Position numbers and translations under genes: made by a program
Notes under the pieces: generated by a model
The model's database searches: none
What the model was told of the DNA's origin: nothing
Seen by the model: only the letters and a program-made list of their open reading frames with translations
Shown here: piece by piece, positions 38,524 to 48,215 of the stretch
How positions within the stretch are numbered: the first letter of the stretch is position 1
Layout of the letters: each line of letters opens with the position of its first letter
Assembly (NCBI GenBank): GCA_963822585.1
Contig: CAWGIE010000026.1
Span: 352,001-416,000 of the forward strand
Length of the DNA: 64,000 nt
From: an uncultured bacterium
GTDB taxonomy: Bacteria > Auribacterota > Erginobacteria > Erginobacterales > Erginobacteraceae
Direction of reading: 5' to 3'

Positions 38524-39570
38524 ATGAATACCCCAAACCATAATACAGGTTATAAAAAGAACATCCCCATGCAAGTAATCGACGGCACCTACCAATGGTA
38601 TGTCGAACACGGGGTTGACACCGTCCAGGGGTTAAACCGCCGGATCGCCGACGGGACTTTCCCCGATCTGGTAAAAGAGGCGGATGAACGATACGAATGG
38701 TACATCAAGATGGCCTCCCAGGCCATTCTGGACAGTAAAGAACCCATCCGCCTGGTGATCATCGCCGGCCCCTCCAGTTCCGGCAAGACCACCACCACCA
38801 CCAAAATCGCGGAGCGGCTGCGGGAAAATAAATTAAAACTGATCCCCATGGTCCTGGATAACTACTTCTTCGATCTGGAGATGCATCCCAAGGATGAATA
38901 CGGAGATTACGATTTTGAAACACCCCAGGCTCTGGACCTGCCGCTGATCAACAAACACCTGGGGGACCTGCTGGCCGGCAAAGAAATCCCGATGCCGATC
39001 TACGATTTCAAAACCGGTCTCCGCCAGAAAGAAACGGTTCCCCTTCGTATTGAGAAGGATGAAATTATCCTGATCGACAGTCTCCATGGCCTCTATGCCC
39101 CGATGACCGCAAGCGTCCCCGCCGAGAATAAGTTCCGGCTCTATATAGAGACCCTCTCCCAGCTGAAAGACATCAAGGGGGACTGGACCCGCTGGACGGA
39201 TATCCGGCTGCTGAGAAGGATGGTCAGGGACAGCTGGCATCGAAGCTATTCCCCGGTTGCCACTATCGGCCACTGGCACTACGTCCGCAAAAGCGAAATG
39301 CGCCACATCGTTCCCTTCATCACCGAGACCGACTTTGTCGTTAACGGAGCATTGCCCTACGAGCTCCCGATTCACAAGAAGTACTCCTTCCATTCCCTGA
39401 AGGAGGCAATCGAAAAGTTCAAGGACGACCCCGGCAAGCGCGATGCTTATCTGCGCGCCCTGCGGGTTCACGATCTTCTGGATACCATCACCGTGGTCGA
39501 AGACGATTCCTGCGTGCCCGGCAAATCCCTTCTGCGGGAGTTCATCGGCGGAAGCGACTACGAATACTAA
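38524..39570 (+). CDS. Uridine kinase/PRK-family P-loop nucleoside kinase
   Basis: AAAGGAG RBS; IIAGPSSSGKTT, LDNYF, YDFE...ALDL, YDFKTG, RLLRRMVRD. Confidence 0.85.
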   Translation: MNTPNHNTGYKKNIPMQVIDGTYQWYVEHGVDTVQGLNRRIADGTFPDLVKEADERYEWYIKMASQAILDSKEPIRLVIIAGPSSSGKTTTTTKIAERLRENKLKLIPMVLDNYFFDLEMHPKDEYGDYDFETPQALDLPLINKHLGDLLAGKEIPMPIYDFKTGLRQKETVPLRIEKDEIILIDSLHGLYAPMTASVPAENKFRLYIETLSQLKDIKGDWTRWTDIRLLRRMVRDSWHRSYSPVATIGHWHYVRKSEMRHIVPFITETDFVVNGALPYELPIHKKYSFHSLKEAIEKFKDDPGKRDAYLRALRVHDLLDTITVVEDDSCVPGKSLLREFIGGSDYEY

Positions 39571-39592
39571 TAGAACGTAGCTTCGCAACTGA

Positions 39593-39644
39593 GGGAGGGC
39601 ACGGCGGCCCTCCCCTACGTAGGGGCCGACCGCTGTGTCGGCCC
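39593..39644. repeat. Back-to-back GTAG-type REP pair
   Basis: GGGAGGGCACGGCGGCCCTCCCCTAC|GTAGGGGCCGACCGCTGTGTCGGCCC. Confidence 0.7.
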
Positions 39645-39667
39645 GATTTATTGAAATTCCGAAACAG

Positions 39668-39907
39668 GAACTTAGCCCTCGCGCAGTCTACCCCAGTTTA
39701 CCGGGGCTCGGGCGACTAAATAAAACTACGAATTACGCCCCCGATTAAAGCTTCGGGGCGGAGAAATTACACGAATTTTCTTTCAAATATCCCTGCACTG
39801 TCGGTTCAATGCTTGCACATTCCTATTTTTTCGTAGAAAAAATAGGATTATTGAAATACCGAAGCAGTAAATGAGCGAGCCCCGATTCATCGGGGCTCGC
39901 TCATTTA
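39668..39907. repeat. Intergenic element copy 2 with nested mini-palindromes, followed by a palindrome with 19-bp arms
   Basis: Homologous to 37135-37287; TAAATGAGCGAGCCCCGAT-TC-ATCGGGGCTCGCTCATTTA at 39868-39907. Confidence 0.8.
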
Positions 39908-39998
39908 TATGTTTTGAACCAGGACCGTTTTGATTTCATTGGGGCGATACCGGCAACGTAAAATCCTCCCGCACTATTGCTTCAATGCTCGCACACTC

Positions 39999-41582
39999 TT
40001 ATTTTTTCTTCGAATAAATAAGAGCCTGCAATATCTGTTTCACTTCCCCGATTTTCAGCAGTAGCGCCGCCCCCAGAAAAGCGAGCAGGGCGACAGTCAT
40101 CGGCACCCCAACCAGGAGAAGCTTTTCTCCCAGGCCTTCACCGGCCAGCCGCGCCTGAAGAAAGGCCAGGCATAGACCGCAGGCTCCTCCCATGAAGATC
40201 GAAGCGATGCCGAGCCGGGCCAGAAAAGATGCCATCTCCCTTCCCCGCATTCCCCCCAGTCTTCTCCAGAGGAGATAATACAAAACTCCCATGTTTAGGA
40301 AAGCGGCGAGACTGGTGGTGAGCGCCAGACCCCCCTCTCTCAGGTTTTCCCTCAACCAGGGGGTATAGACCACCGTCAGATTGAGAACCAGGTTCAGGAG
40401 CATGGCACAGAACCCCACCTTGACCGGGGTCCTGGTGTCCTGGCAGGAATAAAAACCCTGGGTGATGATCTTCAAGCCCGCAAAAGCCGGGAGTCCCATA
40501 CTGTAAAAGAGAAGCACCCAGGCGGTAGCCGCGCTTGAACTCACGTCGAACGCCTTTCTCTGAAAAAGAAGCACGATAATCGGGCGGCGCAGGACAATCA
40601 AGCCGATCGCGGCGGGGACCGTCACCAGCAATACGTGGTGGAGGGAATGGGAAAAGGCGGATTTAAATTCATCCACCCGATTCCCGGCCATGAGCCGGGC
40701 CATTACCGGCAACGCGGCGGTGGCGAACGCGATCCCGAACACACCCAGGGGAAATTGTACCAGGCGGTTCCCATAGAAGAGCGCGGCCGGAGCGCTTGCC
40801 CCGATCACCATCGCCAGAAACTGATCCACCACCGTGTTCAGCTGGAAAACAGCCAGGCCGATGATTCCGGGCCCCATCAAAAGGATGATTTTTTTTACCG
40901 CCGGGTCGTGCCAGCCAAAGGTAAACGTGAAGGGGAAGCCCTTCCTTTTCAAAATCAAGATCTGAAGGCCCAGTTGAATGACCCCGCCGATAACGATCCC
41001 CACCGCCAGCCCGGTAATTTTTTCTTCGGGGGTCGTGCCGAATTTCGGGCAAAGAATAAAAAGGGACGCTATCCAGACCAGATTCAGAAGAGCCGGGGAA
41101 AGAGCGGGGCCGGCAAAATGACGGAGGCTGTTTAAAATCCCCGTCGCCAGGCCGACCAGACAGATGAAAAACAGGTACGGCAGCATAATCCCGAGCAGAC
41201 GGAAAACAAGCTGGTATTTGTCGCCCAGGTCAGCGAATCCGGTTATTAGCCGGATACTCAGGAAACCGATTAAAACCAACCCTGCCAGGACAACCGTTGC
41301 CAGCGAAAAAACAACACCGGCAATCCGCCAGGCTTCCTTCAGCCCTTTTTTCTCCAGATATTCGGTAAAAACGGGCACAAAGGCGCCGGTCAGGGCGCCT
41401 TCTCCCAGCAGTTTGCGGAGAAGGTTGGGGATGGTAAAAGCGACCACAAAAGCGGAGAGGGCCAGGTCGGTCCCGAAAAAGCTGGCCGTCAGCACGTCCC
41501 GGACCAGGCCCAGGACACGGCTGAGCATGGTTGCCGAACCGACTACGCCGGCGGAACGGGTAATCTGAGATTCCGTATTCAT
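39999..41582 (-). CDS. murJ: Lipid II flippase MurJ
   Basis: SRVLGLVRD, AF.IPN..R.L.GEGA...AFVP, RLVQFPLG.F. Confidence 0.95.
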   Translation of the reverse strand: MNTESQITRSAGVVGSATMLSRVLGLVRDVLTASFFGTDLALSAFVVAFTIPNLLRKLLGEGALTGAFVPVFTEYLEKKGLKEAWRIAGVVFSLATVVLAGLVLIGFLSIRLITGFADLGDKYQLVFRLLGIMLPYLFFICLVGLATGILNSLRHFAGPALSPALLNLVWIASLFILCPKFGTTPEEKITGLAVGIVIGGVIQLGLQILILKRKGFPFTFTFGWHDPAVKKIILLMGPGIIGLAVFQLNTVVDQFLAMVIGASAPAALFYGNRLVQFPLGVFGIAFATAALPVMARLMAGNRVDEFKSAFSHSLHHVLLVTVPAAIGLIVLRRPIIVLLFQRKAFDVSSSAATAWVLLFYSMGLPAFAGLKIITQGFYSCQDTRTPVKVGFCAMLLNLVLNLTVVYTPWLRENLREGGLALTTSLAAFLNMGVLYYLLWRRLGGMRGREMASFLARLGIASIFMGGACGLCLAFLQARLAGEGLGEKLLLVGVPMTVALLAFLGAALLLKIGEVKQILQALIYSKKK

Positions 41583-41590
41583 GTTTAGTC

Positions 41591-41619
41591 TTGACGGCGG
41601 ACTCCATTAACCGTATATT
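41591..41619 (+). promoter_or_regulatory. Putative sigma70 promoter of rpsT
   Basis: TTGACG-N17-TATATT. Confidence 0.55.
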
Positions 41620-41733
41620 CCATCGGAAACAGTCGAGACCTGGAACCGTTTACCCCCTTTGAACGGCTTGAACGGTTTGAGTTGATCGAACGGATTAACC
41701 TATTCAAATCTATTACAGAGGAGTTACGGAGTC

Positions 41734-41994
41734 ATGCCCCAATCAAAATCAGCCGCCAAGCGCCTTCGCCAGAATGTCACCCGGCGGTCACGGAACCGCG
41801 CCGCCCGCGCCATTCTGAAGACCCAGGCCCGGGTCTTTCGGACCAAGATCACGGCCAGCGACAAGGAGAAGGCCCTGGCCGAATTAAAAAAATCCTATTC
41901 ACTTCTGGACAGGGCGGCCACGCGGGGCCTGGTGAAAAAAAATTACGCCGCGCGGAAAAAAACACAGCTCGCCCGATCATACAATTCAATCTAG
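41734..41994 (+). CDS. rpsT: 30S ribosomal protein S20
   Basis: KSAAKRLRQ...R.RNR, LDRAA..G...KN.AARKK. Confidence 0.95.
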   Translation: MPQSKSAAKRLRQNVTRRSRNRAARAILKTQARVFRTKITASDKEKALAELKKSYSLLDRAATRGLVKKNYAARKKTQLARSYNSI

Positions 41995-43023
41995 GACCCG
42001 CTCCGAATAATGATTCCCTGAGGGGGCAGTGGTCTCTCTTCCCGCCAGATCGATGATCAGACGCTCCAGCGCGAGCTGAGAGTTTCTTTCACCCCCCTTT
42101 AAGGCATTATCGGTCTCGACCAGACGACGGTAAACATATCCGATATCTTCCGGCCGAAGTTTCTGTGCCTGCCGCAGGAAATCGGATTGATAAAAGCGCA
42201 CTCCGGCCGCTTCGCAGGTAGCCCGGGGATTCCCCGTCTTCTGCCATGCCTCAACGCCCAGCCAGAGCTTTCTGAAGGCACCGGCCAAGAGAGAAACGAT
42301 CTTCAGGGGCTTCTCGCCTTCATCAAGCAGCTGGTTGAGAAGAATCAAGGCGTCCTCCCGGTTGCCCATCACAATCAATCCGCTGAGGTCAAAAATAGTC
42401 CCTTCCCGGCCGATCCCGATAACCGCGCTGATCTCCTCTGCGGTAACCGTCCCTCCTCCTCCTCCTTTATAGACGGATAATGTCTCCAGCCCCCCGGCCA
42501 GCGCGCCGAGATTCATCGCGGCCAGGCGGACAAGCGCCTCCAGAGCTTTTCCCCGGGCATGAAGCCCGTGACGGGAGATTTCATTTCGGACCCATTCCTC
42601 CAGTTTTTTCCCCCGGGGAGGGGAGAGAGAGACAATGTGCTTTTTGGGGATGAAAGACCGGGCGTTCCAGTCCTTTTCCTTCCGGTTAATCAGAAAGACC
42701 AGGCAGGTATCCGGTTCGGGGGCGTTGAAATAATCCGTCATCCGTTTCCAGACAGCGGGGGAGAGCTTCTCCGCCCGGTCCACCACAACCAGCCGCCGGC
42801 CCTTACCGGCCGGGGAGAAAAGATCCCAGGAGACGGTTCGGGCGGCATCAAGTATCCCGGCGGCATCGACATCATCGCCCAGGAGATATTCGTAGTTCAG
42901 GGACTCCTCACCATCGGCGAGTATCTTCTTCTTGAGATCTTTGAGGGAGAGGAGCTTCAGGTAGGTCTCCTCCCCGAGCAGAAAGTAGAGGGACCGAATC
43001 TTTCCCGATAGCGGTCTCATCAT
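41986..43023 (-). CDS. holA: DNA polymerase III delta subunit
   Basis: YFLLGEETYL, RRLVVV, IFDL, L.E.D..LKGG; follows lptE. Confidence 0.88.
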   Translation of the reverse strand: MMRPLSGKIRSLYFLLGEETYLKLLSLKDLKKKILADGEESLNYEYLLGDDVDAAGILDAARTVSWDLFSPAGKGRRLVVVDRAEKLSPAVWKRMTDYFNAPEPDTCLVFLINRKEKDWNARSFIPKKHIVSLSPPRGKKLEEWVRNEISRHGLHARGKALEALVRLAAMNLGALAGGLETLSVYKGGGGGTVTAEEISAVIGIGREGTIFDLSGLIVMGNREDALILLNQLLDEGEKPLKIVSLLAGAFRKLWLGVEAWQKTGNPRATCEAAGVRFYQSDFLRQAQKLRPEDIGYVYRRLVETDNALKGGERNSQLALERLIIDLAGRETTAPSGNHYSERVLD

Positions 43024-43545
43024 TTACCAGATCGAGACGACCTGGTCAACGATCCTCCGGGCGAGGTCCTTGAAGGCCTTGGGGCGGGCGTCTTCCTCCT
43101 CCGTAGGGAGGTCAGCTTCCACGTAAAAATCAGTATATCCCCGGACGCGTTGTCCCTTGATGAGCACTTCACCGGTGGACAATTCCTTGAAGGTGATCAC
43201 CGCCGTCACATAAAGACGGTACTCTTCGACCTCATTCTCATCATCGCCGGTATAACCAAGCACCCGGCGATTCCAGTCGGTGATCACACCCTCCAGGATG
43301 GTATCAGCCTGATCTTTGGACACCGGGCGGAGGTTGCCGTCCTGACGGAACCGGGTAATAACCGCGTTGGTAACATCCACTTCAATCCCCGGCTGAAATG
43401 TTTTGTTCTCGAAAGTCGGCACATAGACTGTCTGCAGGTTGGCGGGGAGAGTAGTGCCCAGCCGGTAAGGGCCGCACCCGGTCATGGCCAGGACAATGGC
43501 CGCAATCGCGGCAATAATGACAATGAAGGGATGGAGTTTATTCAT
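43024..43545 (-). CDS. lptE: LptE-family lipoprotein
   Basis: Lipobox MTGC, G.Y, VYVPTFENKT, AD.IL.G.I; bamD-lptE-holA context. Confidence 0.8.
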   Translation of the reverse strand: MNKLHPFIVIIAAIAAIVLAMTGCGPYRLGTTLPANLQTVYVPTFENKTFQPGIEVDVTNAVITRFRQDGNLRPVSKDQADTILEGVITDWNRRVLGYTGDDENEVEEYRLYVTAVITFKELSTGEVLIKGQRVRGYTDFYVEADLPTEEEDARPKAFKDLARRIVDQVVSIW

Positions 43546-44557
43546 TCCCGTTTTCCATCAGGCTGGTCATGGGGTTTACTCCCGTATCCTCATCTTTCCC
43601 CGCATCCTTCGGCCCGGGAGGGGCGGGCGGCAGCTTCGCGATTTTTTCCCGGGCCAGAAGAGCATACCGCGAATCCGGGTAGGTATCTATAATCTCCTGA
43701 AAGTACAGTCTCCCGCCTTCCGACGAATCAGCCGCTTCATAAAAAAGAGCGATATCGTATGCCTTTTCCGCCTTCAGATCAATCAACTTGGAAATCAACT
43801 CATCTGCTTCGGGCCGGTTCCGGTGCTCGGGAAAATCCTGTACAAACTTCCGCAGGTATCTGATCGCCTTGTCCACCTCTTTCTGATCATAATCAGCTCG
43901 CAGGGCAATCTGATAGTAACATTCCCCTATTTTAAATAGTGCCAGGGGAATAACTTCGGTCCCCGGATAATTGGCCAGAACCTGTTCATACTCGGTTATC
44001 GCCTCTTCGTAATCGCCCTGTTCATAAAGCGCCTGGGCGAGGCCGTATTGTGCCCGGGGAGAAACTTTGCTGAAGGCGGCGTTACTCACCACCGTTCGGA
44101 AGATCTCCTGGGCCGTGCCCAGACCGGATCGGATCGGCAAAAAGAGAAAATTCCGTTTCCTCCCGTTCAAGAAAGCCTCCCCGATCCTATACTGCCGGCT
44201 CAGGATGTCTCCCAGATTACCTTTCCCGGGATAGTTAACCAGGAGGGACTGATATGTTTGAAAAGCCTCATACAGGTCGTCATTTTCTTCCAGACAAACT
44301 CCGATCCGGAACTGGGCATCGGGAGCCAAAGAGGAATCGGGATAATCATCGACCAGATCCTGATACCGACTCAAGGCCTTGCTGAAGTCTCCTTTCGCTT
44401 CCAGAGCCTGAGCTTCATTCCAGAGCAGCTGCGCTTCCGGGGGAACGCCGGGGGGCGAAGCCGGAGGATTTTCTCCCTCCTTGACCTCGATCCCTCCGCA
44501 GGCAGAAACCGCCAGGGAGAGAACCGCCAGCACAATCAGTAATGTTCCCTTATTCAT
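43538..44557 (-). CDS. bamD: Outer-membrane assembly lipoprotein BamD-like (TPR)
   Basis: Lipobox VSAC, TPRs with YP.S, DYDQ, KAY.IA.FY. Confidence 0.8.
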   Translation of the reverse strand: MNKGTLLIVLAVLSLAVSACGGIEVKEGENPPASPPGVPPEAQLLWNEAQALEAKGDFSKALSRYQDLVDDYPDSSLAPDAQFRIGVCLEENDDLYEAFQTYQSLLVNYPGKGNLGDILSRQYRIGEAFLNGRKRNFLFLPIRSGLGTAQEIFRTVVSNAAFSKVSPRAQYGLAQALYEQGDYEEAITEYEQVLANYPGTEVIPLALFKIGECYYQIALRADYDQKEVDKAIRYLRKFVQDFPEHRNRPEADELISKLIDLKAEKAYDIALFYEAADSSEGGRLYFQEIIDTYPDSRYALLAREKIAKLPPAPPGPKDAGKDEDTGVNPMTSLMENGNE

Positions 44558-44778
44558 ATATAAATTAGCGCCTTCGGCGCTACTTTATAGTGGGCCCAAC
44601 TTCGTTGGGCCTGTTGATTAAACTAAATTTATTTCACCTATGCGACGTAAGAAAAAGGCATTCCTAACCCCAGCCCACATTTCACACTACTTTTAAGACT
44701 ATGATGTTATACCACCCCCGTCTGAATTTTCAAATTATTTCCGTGACCAACGTGATATTTGAATCTCATCAGCGTCGA

Positions 44779-45285
44779 TCAACTAAAAAACAGGAGCGCC
44801 ACCCGCAGAACAACGTTGCTGTAGATCCCCGCCAGCAGGTCATCAAGCATGACTCCCCATCCCCGGGGCGCTTGCTCCAGGAGACGGCCCGGGAAGGGCT
44901 TGACGACATCAAAAAACCGGTTGAGCAGAAAACCGCCGATCAGGGTTCCCGGCCCGATCGGGATGCAGAGGAACGTTATGAACACGCTGAATGCTTCATC
45001 GATAACAATCCGATGGTCGTCTCTCTGCCGCCATTCTTTCTCCCCCCGGGTGGAAACATAAACCCCGGCCAGGAAAAAGATAAGAAGAAAGACGAGGTAT
45101 CCCCATCGAAAATCAACGAGGTTTTCGGGGAGAAAGCCGGGAAGAAGATGGCGGAGGAAAAGAAGCCCGATGATGCCGCCGACGGCGCCCGCCGTCCCCG
45201 GGGCCACCGGTGAATAACCCAGGTAAAAGAAACTGGCCGCGAACCTCACCCACCAACCACCCCGGTATTGTCTCCCTGCCTTCAC
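44779..45285 (-). CDS. pgpA: Phosphatidylglycerophosphatase A
   Basis: P.APGT.G, D...IVIDE, RFFDVVKP.P, G.GVMLDDLLAG. Confidence 0.93.
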   Translation of the reverse strand: MKAGRQYRGGWWVRFAASFFYLGYSPVAPGTAGAVGGIIGLLFLRHLLPGFLPENLVDFRWGYLVFLLIFFLAGVYVSTRGEKEWRQRDDHRIVIDEAFSVFITFLCIPIGPGTLIGGFLLNRFFDVVKPFPGRLLEQAPRGWGVMLDDLLAGIYSNVVLRVALLFFS

Positions 45286-45920
45286 GCCGGTTTCCCCCTG
45301 GAGGCTTCCGTATCCAGCCCCTCTTCCGTCTTGCTCCGGCTCCCGGAGAGATCGACCAGGACACCCACGTTTTTCAGCAGATAGTACAACCCCGAAGAGA
45401 GGGTGAGGAAAGCGGTGACCCCGAGCAGGATCAGAAGCCAGGGCCGGAAACCGCGCAGGGCATCACGTTCGCTTTCCGCCGTGCCGTAAAGCAGACACAG
45501 GTATACCAGGACGGCAGTAACGGCGACTACCTGAGAGACCGTCTTGTGTTTGCCCCATCTGCCGGCGGGGATGACCTTTCCCTGGCAGGCAGCCAGTAAT
45601 CTCAGGCCGGTGATGGCGAACTCGCGGCTGACGATGATGATCACCAACCAGGCGGGGAGCCAGATTTCCGGCAGGCCGACGAAAATGATCAAAGCCGAAC
45701 TGATGAGTATCTTGTCCGCCAGGGGGTCGAGGAGTCTGCCGGTGTCGGTGACCTCTCCCCGCGACCGGGCCAGGGTCCCGTCCACGTAATCCGTCAGCAT
45801 GGCCAACAGAAAAAGAATCAGGGCCAGAATATAATTCCCGGTGAAGGAAACGGAGAGGAGCAGGATAAAGACCGGCGTCGCCAGCAGCCGGGCAACAGTC
45901 AACTTATTCGGCAAATTCAT
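45282..45920 (-). CDS. pgsA: CDP-diacylglycerol--glycerol-3-phosphate 3-phosphatidyltransferase
   Basis: MNLPNKLT, TD..DG.LAR...VT..G..LDPLADK, REF.ITGLR, GK.KT..Q. Confidence 0.95.
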   Translation of the reverse strand: MNLPNKLTVARLLATPVFILLLSVSFTGNYILALILFLLAMLTDYVDGTLARSRGEVTDTGRLLDPLADKILISSALIIFVGLPEIWLPAWLVIIIVSREFAITGLRLLAACQGKVIPAGRWGKHKTVSQVVAVTAVLVYLCLLYGTAESERDALRGFRPWLLILLGVTAFLTLSSGLYYLLKNVGVLVDLSGSRSKTEEGLDTEASRGKPA

Positions 45921-45924
45921 TATA

Positions 45925-46048
45925 CCAGTTAGCGCCTCCGGCGCCACTTGTAGTGTAAAGTGTAATGTTTAAAGTGTAATGAAACTTTCCACTTTCCACT
46001 TTACACCTTACACTTCACGCTACGTTCTTGAAATTCCGAAACAGGAAT
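45925..46048. repeat. Intergenic element: TTAG-hairpin, inverted heptamer cargo (TGTAAAG / CTTTACA), TTGAAATTCCGAAACAG
   Basis: Direct reading; parallels 15147-15260. Confidence 0.8.
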
Positions 46049-46058
46049 TTAACGCCAA

Positions 46059-47408
46059 TTATTTTTGCGCAGCAGAAATAATAGTGCCGTAAAGATCGTA
46101 ATCGGAGCTGTCGGTAATCCTGACCGACACCATATCACCCGCTTTCATCCCCTCCCCCGCTACCACGACCATGCCGTCGATTTCGGGTGCCTGAAAGACC
46201 CCGCGGCCAACCATCAACCCGGCCTCTTCCCCGGGAAAAGGGCCGTCGATCAGAACGGTGATTTCCCTCCCCCGGAATGACCGCAGATTTTCCGCGGAGA
46301 TTTCACTCTGTATTTCCAGCACGACCTCCCGGCGACGGTGGGAAATTCTTTTTCCAGCGCCTTTCCCGTACCGGTAGGCTGGAGTTCCTCTCTCCGGGGA
46401 ATAGGTAAAAACACCCAGATGAGAAAACCGATACGTGCGGACGAACTCGACCAATTCCCGAAACTCATCTTCACCCTCGCCCGGGAAACCGACCATCAAG
46501 GTCGTTCTCAGGCTGATCCCCTCCACTGTCTCGCGGGCACGTTGCAAAACGGCTTCAATCCGGGCGCGGCTTATCCGGCGGCCCATTTTTCCCAGGATGG
46601 AGTCGTTGATATGCTGCAGCGGGACATCCAGATACGGGCATACCTTACCGCAGGAATCAATTGTTTGCAAGAGGTGGTTGTCAAGATGCCGGGGGTGAGC
46701 ATAAAGCACCCGTATCCAGGACAATCCATCGATCTCGTTCAGTTTCTCCAGCAGGCGGCTCAATCCGGACTGTTTTTTCCGTCCATAGTCAAAATAGGCC
46801 GTATCCTGAGCGATCAGAATGATCTCCTTTACCCCCCGTTCAACCAGCCGCCGGGCTTCCGAGATGATCGAGGACAGGGATCGCCCCTGGTAAGGGCCTC
46901 GAATGTCCGGGATCAGACAATAGGAACATCGGTTATCGCACCCGTCGGCGATCCGGAGATACGCCGTATGGCGCGGAGTCGAGAGCCGGCGGGGCAAAGA
47001 ATGATGAAATGGAAACCGGGGGACCTCCCTCAGATACAGTCTCGATCCTTTATTTCCCCCTTCTTCCAATGCCTTCGGGAGAACAGTGAATTCCCCCACT
47101 CCGAGCAGGAGATCGGCGGAAGGGAATAAATCCTTCGCCCGGCGGCCGTGATACTGGACCAGACAGCCGGCGATAACCAGTTTCCCGCCGCTCCGTCGTT
47201 TCCAGTCAGCAGCTTTCTCAATTATCTCGCGGGCTTCATCACGGGCGGACTGCATGAAAGCGCAGGTATTGACGATACCGATATCGGCTTCCTCCAGGCG
47301 TGGGGTCGTCTGATAGCGGCCGGCGGGAAGGAGACCGAGGATAGTCTCCGAGTCAACCAGGTTTTTAGGGCAACCCAGGCTGATCAGGCACACGCGGTTC
47401 GTTTTCAT
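46059..47408 (-). CDS. rimO: Ribosomal protein S12 methylthiotransferase RimO
   Basis: SLGCPKNLVDSE, NTCAF, GCDNRCSYC.IP, APEIDG TRAM domain. Confidence 0.95.
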   Translation of the reverse strand: MKTNRVCLISLGCPKNLVDSETILGLLPAGRYQTTPRLEEADIGIVNTCAFMQSARDEAREIIEKAADWKRRSGGKLVIAGCLVQYHGRRAKDLFPSADLLLGVGEFTVLPKALEEGGNKGSRLYLREVPRFPFHHSLPRRLSTPRHTAYLRIADGCDNRCSYCLIPDIRGPYQGRSLSSIISEARRLVERGVKEIILIAQDTAYFDYGRKKQSGLSRLLEKLNEIDGLSWIRVLYAHPRHLDNHLLQTIDSCGKVCPYLDVPLQHINDSILGKMGRRISRARIEAVLQRARETVEGISLRTTLMVGFPGEGEDEFRELVEFVRTYRFSHLGVFTYSPERGTPAYRYGKGAGKRISHRRREVVLEIQSEISAENLRSFRGREITVLIDGPFPGEEAGLMVGRGVFQAPEIDGMVVVAGEGMKAGDMVSVRITDSSDYDLYGTIISAAQK

Positions 47409-47449
47409 CGGGGAAGATGAATATGAAAGTCCGGGGATTGAACGGATCA

Positions 47450-47947
47450 CTATTTCCGGGGTTGTTGATCCAGAACTTCCCGGATGGGAATCCGTTCGAT
47501 CGACTCGGGAGTAAAGGGATTGTCGACCCGGGAAAAATGGACCGATATATCGGGAGAGGGACCGGTCCCCCGGAATAACCGGAGCGCTCCCCAAACCAGC
47601 AGGGCGACAAGAAGGACCGTTCCCGCCGTCCCGGCCACGCTCTTCCATTTCAAGCCGGAGGCAAAAGCGGGAAAAGTCGGCTTCGGGTCGGCGAAAACCA
47701 TCTGGGCATCAGGGGATTCATACATCTCATCGTAGAGACGGGTCAGCACTACATAATCGAGAGAGAGGTAACGCGCGTAAATCTTCAGGAAACCCTTGAC
47801 ATAGGCTCGGGGAGGGAGCTGGAGATAGTCTCCTGTTTCCAGGGCGCGGAGATATTCGATTTTTATTTTGGTGGCGATGGCGGCGTCCTGGAGGGAAGCG
47901 CCTTTTTGCTCCCTGGCTTCCTGCAATTTTTCACTCAGATAATCCAT
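47450..47947 (-). CDS. rodZ: RodZ-like HTH membrane protein (short)
   Basis: L..ARE.KG.SL..A...TKI...YL.ALE.G...LP...Y.KGF.K.YA plus a TM segment. Confidence 0.8.
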   Translation of the reverse strand: MDYLSEKLQEAREQKGASLQDAAIATKIKIEYLRALETGDYLQLPPRAYVKGFLKIYARYLSLDYVVLTRLYDEMYESPDAQMVFADPKPTFPAFASGLKWKSVAGTAGTVLLVALLVWGALRLFRGTGPSPDISVHFSRVDNPFTPESIERIPIREVLDQQPRK

Positions 47948-47949
47948 GA

Positions 47950-48215
47950 CAAGTGCCTAAAGTTCGAAGTGCCTAAAGTTAAAAGTTTCTGAAGCCAGTG
48001 CTTGATCAACCGTAAGCGAAGCAATACTCCCTGTTCCAACGAAGAATGCCGAGGGCATTCCGATACTACAAGCCCTGAAGCGAAAACGCAAGAACGATAC
48101 CACATCTGCAAAACCGGCTCACATTAAACCAGCATGACGAAATCAGAAATTCGAATACAACATCCATGAGCTTGCCCTGAGCAAAGTCGAAGGGCCATTC
48201 TGATTTCGAGTTTCG
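47950..48215. repeat. Intergenic repeat cluster (AAGTGCCTAAAGTT x2, segment shared with 7490-7576, inverted heptamers around CCTGAGCAAAGTCGAAGG)
   Basis: Direct reading. Confidence 0.65.

Noticed and set aside
37135..39907. Possible CRISPR array from the recurring ATTGAAATTCCGAAAC motif
   Set aside because: Copies are dispersed and irregularly spaced (about 200 bp or more), have no 30-40 bp unique spacers, and no cas genes are present
47409..47648. N-terminal extensions given by the ORF track for rimO (also nusA, nrnA, pgsA, the transposase and the FolE2-like gene)
   Set aside because: They overlap neighbouring genes or repeats; downstream ATGs match the family N-termini or have an RBS
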